A stretch of DNA of 64,000 nt, taken from an uncultured delta proteobacterium (GTDB taxonomy: Bacteria; Desulfobacterota; Binatia; DP-6). Location of the stretch: contig CAWFFN010000012.1 of assembly GCA_963815115.1 (NCBI GenBank), positions 736,001-800,000 on the forward strand. Direction: 5' to 3'. The notes beneath the pieces are model-generated. The model ran no database searches, had not been told where the DNA came from, and was given only the letters and a program-made list of their open reading frames with translations. The number at the start of each line of letters is the position of its first letter. Within the stretch, counting starts at the first letter, position 1. Positions 46,230 through 55,660 of this stretch are shown here, piece after piece. The translations under genes were made by a program, and so were the position numbers.

Positions 46230-47915
46230 TCAGGCTTCCGCCGCGACGACCATGTCTTCCGGATACGCCGGCATCCCGAACTCCGGCACGTCGAGCCCCT
46301 CGAGCTCGATCGCGGCCGAGACCCGCAGGCTCCGTACCGCGTTCACGATCTTGAAGACGACGAACGTGGCGCCGAACGCCCACGCCGCACACAGGGTGGC
46401 GCCGATCAGCTGGCAGAGGAACTGGCTCGTGTCGCCATGGAGCAGCCCGGTGACACCCTGCCCGGCGGTCCCGAGATAGCTCGTGGCGCCGACGCCGTTC
46501 CAGCCCGCGCCGTAGGTGCCGTCGGCGAAGATGCCGAGGGCCACCGCGCCGAACCAGCCGCAGTAGCCGTGGACCGAGATCGCGCCGCAGGGATCATCCA
46601 CGTGGATCACGCGCTCGTTGAAGAGGACTCCGCCACAGACGATCATCCCCGCCAGGATGCCGATCACCACGGCGGCATTGGCGCCGACGAACGCGCAGGG
46701 TGCCGTGATCGCGACCAGCCCGGCGAGCATGCCGTTGCAGGCCATCGAGATGTCGGGCTTGCCGAACATGAAATACCACACCGTCATCGCCGAGGCCGCG
46801 CCGGCGACCGCCGCCAGGTTCGTGTTGATCGCGATCACCGAGATGCGGAGATCGGTCGCGCCGAGGGTCGAGCCCGGGTTGAAGCCCATCCAGCCGAACA
46901 GCAGGATGAAGGTGCCCGTGACGACGAAGACGACGTTGTGGGCCGGGAAGGCACGCGGCTTCCCGTCCGCGGAGTACTTGCCTATCCGCGGTCCGAGGAT
47001 GATCGCGAGCGCCATGGCGGCGAACCCGCCGACGGCGTGGACGACCGTGGAGCCGGCGAAGTCGCAGTAGCCGTGGCCGAGGCCGAGCGTGGTACCCCAC
47101 TGCGACATCCATCCACCGCCCCAGACCCAGCAGCCGAAGATCGGGTAGAGGATCGCGCCCATGAAGATTTCGGTCAGCAGGAAGGCACCGAAGGTGATGC
47201 GCTCGCAGATGGCGCCGACGATGATGTACCCGGCGGTCTCCATGAAGACGACCTCGAACATGGCGAGGACGTTGACGCCGGCGTCGTACCCGGTGCCGCT
47301 CAGGAAGAAGCCGTGTCCGCCGAGGAAGCCCCACGAGCCGCCACCCAGGAGCCACTGGTTGAGGGTCGGCGTCCCGCCGAGGTTGAGCGGCGCCGCGTTC
47401 ACGGCGACCGCGCCGAACTGGAAGGCGAAGCCGCACACGTAGTAGGCGAGGAAGGCGAAGACGTAGGCGGCGAAGTTGAGCATCATCAGGTGGCCCGCGT
47501 TCTTCTTCCGCACCAGGCCGCAGGTGAGGAGCGCGAATCCCGCCTGCATGAAGAGGACGAGGTAGCCGGTGTTGAGGGTCCAGGCGAAGTTCGTGGCGAG
47601 GCGAATGTGACCGACGGCATCGGCCAGCTTCGTCGCCAGCGGCTCCCGCTCCGCCTGCGCCTGGAACTCATCGAAATCCTTCTTCTTGGAGACGTAGTCC
47701 TCCGCCGTCTTGTCCGCGGGCTCGACGACGACGAAGGCCGTGCCTCCCGCGTCGTAGACGCTGGCCCGGTCTCCCGTTGCGATGCCGGCGGGATCGGGCT
47801 TCGGCTCATCGTCCGCGCGGCAGACGCCGCCATGGCCGGCAATCACCATCGCGACGACGGCCGCCAGGATCGCCTGCGCGCGGCGACGCCCGGTTCCGAG
47901 CAAGGGTTCCACCAT
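46230..47915 (-). CDS. amtB: Ammonium transporter (Amt family)
   Basis: LFMQAGFALL..G..R.KN, DFAGSTVVH, GPRIGKY, FGWMGFNPGS, NGMLAGLVAITA, VDDPCGAISVHG, ELEGLD..EFG..AY. Confidence 0.96.
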   Translation of the reverse strand: MVEPLLGTGRRRAQAILAAVVAMVIAGHGGVCRADDEPKPDPAGIATGDRASVYDAGGTAFVVVEPADKTAEDYVSKKKDFDEFQAQAEREPLATKLADAVGHIRLATNFAWTLNTGYLVLFMQAGFALLTCGLVRKKNAGHLMMLNFAAYVFAFLAYYVCGFAFQFGAVAVNAAPLNLGGTPTLNQWLLGGGSWGFLGGHGFFLSGTGYDAGVNVLAMFEVVFMETAGYIIVGAICERITFGAFLLTEIFMGAILYPIFGCWVWGGGWMSQWGTTLGLGHGYCDFAGSTVVHAVGGFAAMALAIILGPRIGKYSADGKPRAFPAHNVVFVVTGTFILLFGWMGFNPGSTLGATDLRISVIAINTNLAAVAGAASAMTVWYFMFGKPDISMACNGMLAGLVAITAPCAFVGANAAVVIGILAGMIVCGGVLFNERVIHVDDPCGAISVHGYCGWFGAVALGIFADGTYGAGWNGVGATSYLGTAGQGVTGLLHGDTSQFLCQLIGATLCAAWAFGATFVVFKIVNAVRSLRVSAAIELEGLDVPEFGMPAYPEDMVVAAEA

Positions 47916-47956
47916 GGTCGTGTTCTCCTTTCGGACGCGGTGGTCCTGCGCCTCCT

Positions 47957-47972
47957 AGCAATGACGACACCA
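47957..47972 (-). promoter_or_regulatory. Candidate sigma-54 promoter for amt
   Basis: Minus strand TGGTGT-CGTCA-TTGCT (GG-N10-GC, perfect -12 box) about 40 nt upstream of the ATG; amt genes are commonly sigma-54/NtrC controlled. Confidence 0.45.
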
Positions 47973-48339
47973 CATGAACGCCGGCGCGGAGCGGAGTCGG
48001 CGATTTCTCGGGGTGACGGACGCCAGCCGTCGAATCGTGCTCGAAGATGAGGCGGCAGTGCTCCGCCGACGAGCAGAAAATCGTTGGTAGACTGGAAGCT
48101 AGTAGCGCGCGGCAGCTTGCGGAGTGCAGTTCCCGTCCCGCAGATCGTGGGGCGGGGTGCACCACGGCCCCCACGGCCATTGCAATCTGCATCGTCGCCG
48201 GCGGCGCCTCCGGCGAGTCGCCGGTCGACCGAGGGCGATCGGGAGCCGGATGACGCGCGCTCGCCCAGGCTGATGGCTCGGCCCCGGCCGGCCGTCGGTG
48301 CCGCCTCGCCCCGGGGGGCCGGCCACCCGGCTCTTGCAG

Positions 48340-48597
48340 TCAGCGTCCGCTACGGAGCGGCCGATTGCCCCCCGGCGCGGCCGCGTCGAGGCGGGCGTCG
48401 CGCTCCGCCAGCACGGCTGCGATGCGTTCGACCAGCTCGTCGACGGCGTCGCCCCTCGCGATGAAGGACGTCTCGAGCCAGCCGTCGACCAGCCGACGTG
48501 CCTCGACGGCCTGGGCCGAGGGCGGTGCAGGCGGCGGCGTCGGCTCGGAGGTGACGCGGGTGGATCCTCTGCGAACGAGCTCCAATCGTGCGAGCAT
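48340..48597 (-). CDS. Small hypothetical protein (85 aa)
   Basis: GGGGAG RBS; MLARLELVRRG..EARRLVDGWLETSFIARGDAVDELVERIAAVLAERD amphipathic helices. Confidence 0.45.
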   Translation of the reverse strand: MLARLELVRRGSTRVTSEPTPPPAPPSAQAVEARRLVDGWLETSFIARGDAVDELVERIAAVLAERDARLDAAAPGGNRPLRSGR

Positions 48598-48886
48598 CAG
48601 GTCACTCCCCTGTGCGGACCATCGCGGCGTTTCGCCCGCCGGGCAGCGGCGGGAGCTCCGGAACCGGCGTCGCGTTGCGCTTGGTCGTGTCCGGAGACCC
48701 GAGATCGCGCCCAGCAATACGCCGGGAAACCCCACACCGGATGGCGTGAGCACCGTCCGGTCAGGTCGTCGCCCCGGGCGGGTCGAGGGGCGGCGCAATG
48801 CATCATTTGCCTTGGCAAGCGCTGGGTTAGGCCAGGTTCATGAAACTGTTGCCAAAACTGCGCTTGGCCATGTTAAGTCGCCCGCC

Positions 48887-51800
48887 ATGCTTTTTTCCCG
48901 AACGGTGTCCGTTGCGCTCGTCTGCGCCTTCCTCGCGCTGGCCTCTGGTCCCGCCCAGGCCGCGATCTCGTTCGTGCAGGGACTCGGCACCGCTCAGGCG
49001 AACAGTGGCTCGACGCTCTCGATCGAGCTCGGCGCAGCCATCACGGTCCCGGTCGGCGATACGATCATCGTGAGCTTCGCGATGAACCCGCGGGGTGAGC
49101 GTCGGCGACGTGCAGTGCTCGGACTCGGGCGCGAACGTGTGGCACGTCGATGGGGACGTGACGCGCGGCTCGGCAATCGACGGCGTGCGCGCGGTGACGT
49201 GCTCGACCCGCGTCACCACCGCGCTCGCGAACGGGCGACTCGATCACCGTGAGCCATCCTGCGAACGCGGACGAGCGCGCCATGACGGCGACCGAGTTCT
49301 CGGGGCTGCGCGCGAACGCGGTCGACCGCGTGGCCACCGGCCTGGGCGTCGATGACCCCAGCCCGCTGACCGCCATCACGGCCGTCACGACGATCGCCAA
49401 CGAGCTCCTGGTGGGTACGATCGGCGTCGAGGGAACACCCCAAGCCCCCGATACCTTCACGGTGGGTGCGGGCTACCTTCCGCTCGCGCGCGCGGGAACG
49501 CTGGGTGGCGGCGCGGCGGGCAACATCTCGGTCAACGGCGAGTACCGGATCGTGAGCGCCACGGGCCAGTACGTCGCCAACGCGACGCTCGGCGTGGCGC
49601 GAGACTGGGCCGCGATCATCACGACCTACGAATCCGCATGCGGGAACGGCGTGGTCGACCCCGGCGAGCAGTGCGACGACGGCAACGCGGTCGCCGGCGA
49701 CTGCTGCTCGGCTGCGTGCACCTTCGAGCCCGCCATCACGGTCTGCCGGGCCTCGGCGGGCTTCTGCGACGTCGCCGAGACCTGCACCGGCTCGAGCGGC
49801 ACGTGTCCGGCCGATGCGAAGAGCACCGCCGTATGCCGGGCGTCGGGCGGCGACTGCGACGGCGCCGAGTCCTGCGACGGCGTGCACGACGACTGTCCAC
49901 CCGACACCCTGCCGGCGATGGCCGGAACCGTGTGCCGCCCGAGCGCCGGGGCCTGCGACATCGAGGACACCTGCGACGGCGTGCACCCGACCTGTCCGCC
50001 CGACGCCAAGAGCACGGCCGTCTGCCGCGGGGCGGCGGGGCCCTGCGACGTGGCCGAGTCCTGCGACGGCGTCAACAACGCGTGTCCGCCCGACGTCCTG
50101 GCGAGCGCGCAAACCCCCTGCCGCGCCGCCGCCACCTTCTGCGATCAAGTCGAGAACTGCACCGGCTCGAACGCGCTATGTCCGCCGGACGCCAAGAAGG
50201 CCGCGACGATCGTGTGCCGCCAGGCCGCGGGCATCTGCGACGTGGCCGAGTTCTGCGACGGCATCACCGATGATTGCCCGGCGAACGGCTTCAAGGGAGC
50301 GGGGGACGGAGTGCCGCGGCTGCCGGCGGAGTCTGCGACCTTGCAGAGAGCGTGCACCGGCTCGAGCGCCGCCTGTCCCGCCGACGTGAAGAGCACCTCT
50401 CCGTGCCGCCCGGCGGCTGGCGCGTGCGACGCCGCCGAGTCGTGCGACGGCGTCCATGACACCTGCCCGGCCGACGAGTCTCGCCCTCGTGGGTACGACC
50501 TGTCGAGACGCTGCTGGCGATTGTGACGTCGCCGAGACCTGCACCGGGATCGAGCCGAGCCTGTCCGCCCGACGCCTTCGCACCTGCCACGGTCACGTGT
50601 CGGCCTGCGGCCACATTTTGTGACGCCCCCGAGTCCTGCACGGGGTCGAACGCGGCCTGTCCTCCCGACGCGAAGAAGCCGCCGAGTGTCGTCTGCCGGG
50701 GGGCCGTGGGCACGTGCGACGTGGCCGAGTTCTGCGACGGCGCCAACAATGCCTGCCCGCCGAACGTCTTCGTCACGGGCGGGACGGAATGTCGGGCCTC
50801 CGCGGGCGATTGCGATCCCGCCGAGACCTGCACGGGCTCGAGCGGGGCGTGCCCCGCCGACGCCAAGAGCACGGCGGTCTGCCGGCCCGCGGTGGGCGCG
50901 TGTGATTCCGCCGAATCGTGCGACGGCGTCAGCAACGGCTGCCCGCCCGACGTGATGGCGCCCGCCGGCGCCGACTGCCGTGCGTCCGCCGGCACGTGCG
51001 ACGTCGTCGAGAAGTGCGACGGCAACGGCACGGCCTGCCCCCAGGACAAGTTCGTGACGGCAGGGATCGTCTGCCGCCCGGTCGCCGGCACCTGCGACGT
51101 CGCGGAGACGTGCACGGGCAGCAGCCCGCTGTGTCCGGCGAACGGATTCGTCGCGCCCGGCGTCGAGTGCCGTGCCTCGGCGCGGCGTGTGCGACCCGGC
51201 CGAGCAGTGTACCGGCTCGGCAGCCGCGTGTCCGCCCGATGCGAAGAGCACGGCGACGTGCCGCCCGACCGCGGGCGACTGCGATCTTCCCGAATCATGC
51301 AATGGCTCGAGCAACGACTGCCCGACCGATGCGAAGAAGACCGGTGTGTGCCGCCAGGCTGCCGGCACGTGCGACGCCGTGGAGTCCTGCAACGGCACGA
51401 GCAACGACTGCCCCCAGGATCTCTTCCTGCCGGGCGGCACGACCTGCCGTGCCGTCGCTGCCGGTTCGGCGGGCGCGTGTGACATCGCCGAGCAATGCAC
51501 CGGGTCGAGTCCCATCTGCCCGACCGACGACATCAAGGACGCTGGCGTGCCGTGCCGGGCAGCCGCCGGCCAGTGCGACGTGGCCGAGGCGTGCGACGGG
51601 GTGCACCCGGCCTGCCCGGCCGATGCCAAGAGCACCGCACAGTGCCGCGCCTCGGCGGGTGACTGCGATCCCGCGGAGTCGTGCGACGGCACGCACAACC
51701 ACTGCCCCGCCGACGCGAAGAGCGCCGCCGTCTGCCGGCCCGCCGTCGGAGCGTGCGACGTCGCCGAGTCGTGCAACAACAGGGACAACGACTGTCCCGC

Positions 51801-53070
51801 CGACAAGATCGCGACCGCCGGGACCACCTGCCGCGCCGTCGCCGGCGACTGCGACGTCGCCGAGACCTGTGACGGCGCGAGCTTCGCGTGCCCGGTGGAC
51901 AAGTTCGTCCTCGGAGGCACCCCGTGCCGCGCCGCGGGCGGGACCTGTGACATCGCCGAGCAATGCACGGGCTCGAGCGCGGCCTGCCCGGTCGACGTGA
52001 AGAGCACGGCGATCTGTCGTCCTTCCACGGGTCCCTGCGACGCCGCGGAGTCCTGCGATGGCGTGGGCAACGGCTGTCCGCCGGATGTCCTGGCGGTGAA
52101 CGGCACGCCGTGCCGTCCGGCCGCGGGCGTCTGCGACGCCGTCGAGACGTGCGACGGGACCAGCGTCACGTGTCCTGCCGACCAGAAGCGGACGGGCGAC
52201 TGCCGGCCGCCGGCGGGGCCGTGCGACGTTGCCGAGCGCTGCGATGGCATCAGCGACACCTGCCCCGCCGACCGCGTCGTGGCCGCGGGCTCCACCTGTC
52301 GCGCGGTGGCCGGCGCATGCGACGTCGTCGAGACGTGTGACGGCACCAACGTCACGTGTCCCGCCGACAGCTTCGTCTCGGCTGGAACCACGTGTCGGCC
52401 GGCGGCCAGCTCGTGCGACGTCGTCGAGACCTGCACCGGTACGAGTGCCACCTGTCCGCCCGACACCAATGGTCCCGACGCCGATCGCGACGGGGTCTGC
52501 GATCCTCAGGACGATTGCCCCGGCACCGCCGACCCCGCCCAGGGCGACGCCGACGGAGATGGCATCGGTGACGCCTGCGACCCGTGCACCAGGTCCGACG
52601 CGGGCGCCATGACGGCCCGCGCGCTCAGGGTGAAGGGGCTCAGGAGCGGTAAGGGAGAGCAGACCCTGACGTTCCATGGCACGATGACGGTGCCGACGAA
52701 CCCCGAGATCGACCCGGTGGCGAGGGGGGTCCGCGTCCTCATCACGACGGCGGCCGGCGATGTGGTGGTGGACGTGACCATTCCGGGTGGTGGCGGTTGG
52801 AAGACCAACCGCGCCCGGACGACGTGGAGCTACCACGGTGGCGCGGGAGGCCGCATCAGGGAAGTCACGATGCGCCGGAGCCGCTCTGCACCGGGCACGA
52901 TCCGCTTCAGCGTGAGCGGAAAGGGGGCGAACCTCGCGCCGCCCGACGGCACGCCGATCACGGCGACGATCGTGCTGGACGCGCCGTTCGCCACGACGGG
53001 CCAGTGCGGCGAGGCCGACTTCGGATCGTGCAAGAAGTCGAAGTCGGGGAAGGCGCTCGTCTGTAGCTGA
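48887..53070 (+). CDS. Giant secreted protein with about 29 disintegrin-like Cys repeats, TSP3 repeats and a C-terminal beta domain; multiple frameshifts (probable sequence errors)
   Basis: Signal peptide MLFSRTVSVALVCAFLALASGPAQA; CGNGVVDPGEQCDDGN (Myxococcus Cys-rich/DUF4215-like); repeats CRxxAGxCDxAExCxGxxxxCPxD; DADRDGVCD..DADGDGIGDACD. Frame changes near 49091, 49234, 50300-50352, 50479, 50549 and 51183. Confidence 0.8.
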
Positions 53071-53119
53071 CGCGCACTGCCTGATGGTCTCGGCTTCCGG
53101 GCGCCGGTAGGCTGCAGCC

Positions 53120-53956
53120 GTGCGGCTCGCCACCTGGAACGTCAACTCCGCGCGCGCGCGGCAGGCGCGCCTCCTCGAATGGCTCGACCAGCGCCGGCCG
53201 GACGTCGCGTGTCTCCAGGAGACCAAGATGAGCGACGCCGAGTTCGCCAAGGTCTTCGGCGACGAGCTCACCCGCCGGGGCTACGTCGCGGCCCACCACG
53301 GCGACGGCCGCTGGAATGGCGTGGCCATCGTGTCGCGTTCCGGGCTGGAGGACGTCCGTCGGGGCCTGCTCGACCAGCCCGGATTCCCCGATCCCGAGGC
53401 GCGGGCGCTGGCGGCGACGTGTGCCGGGGTGCGGGTCTGGTCGGTCTATGTTCCGAACGGGCGGACGCCCGACGATCCACACTTCGCCTACAAGCTGGCG
53501 TGGCTGGCCGCGCTGCCACGGACGCTGGCCGCGGAGACCGCCGCCAGCACGGTGGTGTGCGGCGATTTCAACGTCGCCCCCAGCGATGCGGACGTCTGGG
53601 ATCCTGCCGCGTTCGCGGGCTGCACGCACGTGACCCCGATGGAGCGGGGCGCGGTGGCGGATCTGGTGACCGGCGGCCTGGTCGATCTGGTCCGGCGGCG
53701 CTGGCCGGATCAGCGCGTGTTCACCTACTGGGACTATCGCGCCGGCATGTTCCATCAGGACCTCGGCATGCGTATCGATCTGGTGCTGGCGAGTTCGGAC
53801 GTCGCCGCGCGCGCGAAGGCCGTCTGGATCGATCGCCAGGCTCGCAAGGGCACTGCGCCGAGCGATCACGCGCCGATCATCGTCGATCTCGATGACGCGC
53901 CCGACGGTGACATCGGACCGCTGGTGCCGCCGCCGTCCGCGGCTCGTCGTCGCTGA
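53120..53956 (+). CDS. xth: Exodeoxyribonuclease III
   Basis: MRLATWNVNS, CLQETK, NGVAI, SVYVPNG, CGDFNVAP, FTYWDYR, RIDLVL, PSDHAP. Confidence 0.96.
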   Translation: MRLATWNVNSARARQARLLEWLDQRRPDVACLQETKMSDAEFAKVFGDELTRRGYVAAHHGDGRWNGVAIVSRSGLEDVRRGLLDQPGFPDPEARALAATCAGVRVWSVYVPNGRTPDDPHFAYKLAWLAALPRTLAAETAASTVVCGDFNVAPSDADVWDPAAFAGCTHVTPMERGAVADLVTGGLVDLVRRRWPDQRVFTYWDYRAGMFHQDLGMRIDLVLASSDVAARAKAVWIDRQARKGTAPSDHAPIIVDLDDAPDGDIGPLVPPPSAARRR

Positions 53957-53987
53957 AGGATCTTCGAGCGAGTGCGTTGCTACGCGC

Positions 53988-55268
53988 TCAGTGGGGCCCG
54001 TCGTGGCCGCGATCGAAGCAGTCCCGCCGGAAGCGTCCGAACTGCTGGGGCGCAAACCCGGGAAGGTCCGATCGATCGATCGCGAACACGAAGAATCGAT
54101 TCGGCTGGGTGGGCACGAAGTCGTTGTCGTTGGTGACGACGAGCAGGTGGCGGCCATCCTGCAGGTCGGGGCCGAAGGCGAGGCCCTCGATCTTCTCGGG
54201 GAACGACGCCCCCGCCAGCCCGAAGGCAGGATCGAGCAGGTCGAGGAAAGGCGCCTTCGCGACCGGAGTCACGCCGTCCGGCGTCCCCGTCTGGGGCAGC
54301 GTGGCGACGGCGCGGATGTCGCTCGCCCCCGAGATGTCGATGCGGAAGATCTTCTTGAACGCCGCCGAGGTCCCGGCATTGCCGTCGCGCTCGATGACGA
54401 GGAACTCGTGGTCGTTCACCGCCAGGATCTCGTTGACGCCGTTGCTCTTGCTGTCGAGCTGATACAGGAACTCCCGGATGGCGCCGCTGTCCAGGTCGAT
54501 CTCGACGAGGCGGTTGTTGGTGCCGACGCGCTTGAGCGACGCGTCCAGCGCGCCGTCCTGGATCAACGCGCTCTGCATCAGGCCGTACAGCTTCCCGCCA
54601 TCGGGTGAGATCGCCAGTCCTTCCATGCCGCGGTTCGACTGACGCCCGCTGATGTTGGCCGCCAGCTCGACGTTGCCGTCGGCCGACGGGAGGTCGATCA
54701 GGAGCTTGTTCGGGAGCTTGAGCGAGCGCAGGCGCGTGCCCCGATCGAGGTCGAACTCGTGGACGAAGGGGCCGTACTCGTCCGAGACGAAGGCGGTCTG
54801 GCCGCAGCGGTCGACGCGGATGCCTTCCGGATCGAAGCGCAGGCTGTCGGGCGAGTTGGTGGCGTCGAACGCGCCGGCCGAGCCGGTGAGGAAATCGTGG
54901 CCGTCGTGCATGAGCCGCGTCGCGAGCAGCGCGGGCGTGATGGCGAATCCGTTCCGGCCCTTCGTGACCGCGAGGCGGATCGTGTAGATGCGATCGACGT
55001 ACGAGGTGGTCCCGTCCGCCGGCCCGCGATCCGGCGTCGCGACGTACAGGCTGTCGATGCCGGTGTAGGTGATCGCGGAGCCCAGGCCGCCCACCCGGTT
55101 GCCCGGGGTCACGCCGTCTTCGAGGACCTTCGTGAGACCGGACTGGTCGGTGGCGGTGCCGGGGATGTCCCCCTCGCCGATGAAGGTGACGGTTGCGGAT
55201 GCGCTCGCCGCCGAGAGCAGCAGGGCGAGAGCGAGGGTGGGACGCTGCGAGGACGATCGTGTCATCAT
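53988..55268 (-). CDS. Secreted esterase-like activity of phytase family protein
   Basis: Signal peptide; GGLGSAITY, PDRGP, DPEGI, VSDEYGP, NRGMEGLAISPDG, KIEGLAFGP, NDNDF. Confidence 0.9.
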   Translation of the reverse strand: MMTRSSSQRPTLALALLLSAASASATVTFIGEGDIPGTATDQSGLTKVLEDGVTPGNRVGGLGSAITYTGIDSLYVATPDRGPADGTTSYVDRIYTIRLAVTKGRNGFAITPALLATRLMHDGHDFLTGSAGAFDATNSPDSLRFDPEGIRVDRCGQTAFVSDEYGPFVHEFDLDRGTRLRSLKLPNKLLIDLPSADGNVELAANISGRQSNRGMEGLAISPDGGKLYGLMQSALIQDGALDASLKRVGTNNRLVEIDLDSGAIREFLYQLDSKSNGVNEILAVNDHEFLVIERDGNAGTSAAFKKIFRIDISGASDIRAVATLPQTGTPDGVTPVAKAPFLDLLDPAFGLAGASFPEKIEGLAFGPDLQDGRHLLVVTNDNDFVPTQPNRFFVFAIDRSDLPGFAPQQFGRFRRDCFDRGHDGPH

Positions 55269-55382
55269 GCTTCCTCCGTCGGGGATCGGGATGTGGCCGA
55301 TACGAAGGAAGCACTGTAGGCCGCGGACCTTTACGGGTCGGTTGCCGCAGGGTGACAGTTGTCCGTTGACAATCGAGCTGGA

Positions 55383-55586
55383 CTAGCGCGCGTTGCGACC
55401 CATGCGCACGTAGTTCGCGATCGCGAGCACGACGATCGCGATCGCGGCGACGCCGAACCAGGGAGTCAGGGGCGCGCCGGTATCGCCGACGTAGCTGTAG
55501 ATCCAGTATCCCGCGAACGCCAGCGCGAGCACCAGCAATGCGGCCGTCACCAGGGTGCCGTACTCCGGAGGCTCTTCGCTGGCCAT
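55383..55586 (-). CDS. Small two-TM membrane protein (67 aa)
   Basis: AAGGAG RBS; MASEEPPEYGTLVTAALLVLALAFAGYWIY...WFGVAAIAIVVLAIANYVR. Confidence 0.7.
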   Translation of the reverse strand: MASEEPPEYGTLVTAALLVLALAFAGYWIYSYVGDTGAPLTPWFGVAAIAIVVLAIANYVRMGRNAR

Positions 55587-55660
55587 GCTGGCTCCTTCTC
55601 GCACCCTTCTCGAACCCCGGGCCGATGCGGTCAACAGGGGGTCCGGTGCGACGGCCGCTC

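Noticed and set aside
48125-48140. Second sigma-54-like site (minus strand CGGGAC-N5-CTGCA) upstream of amt
   Set aside because: Three mismatches and about 210 nt from the start; the site at 47957-47972 is better placed.
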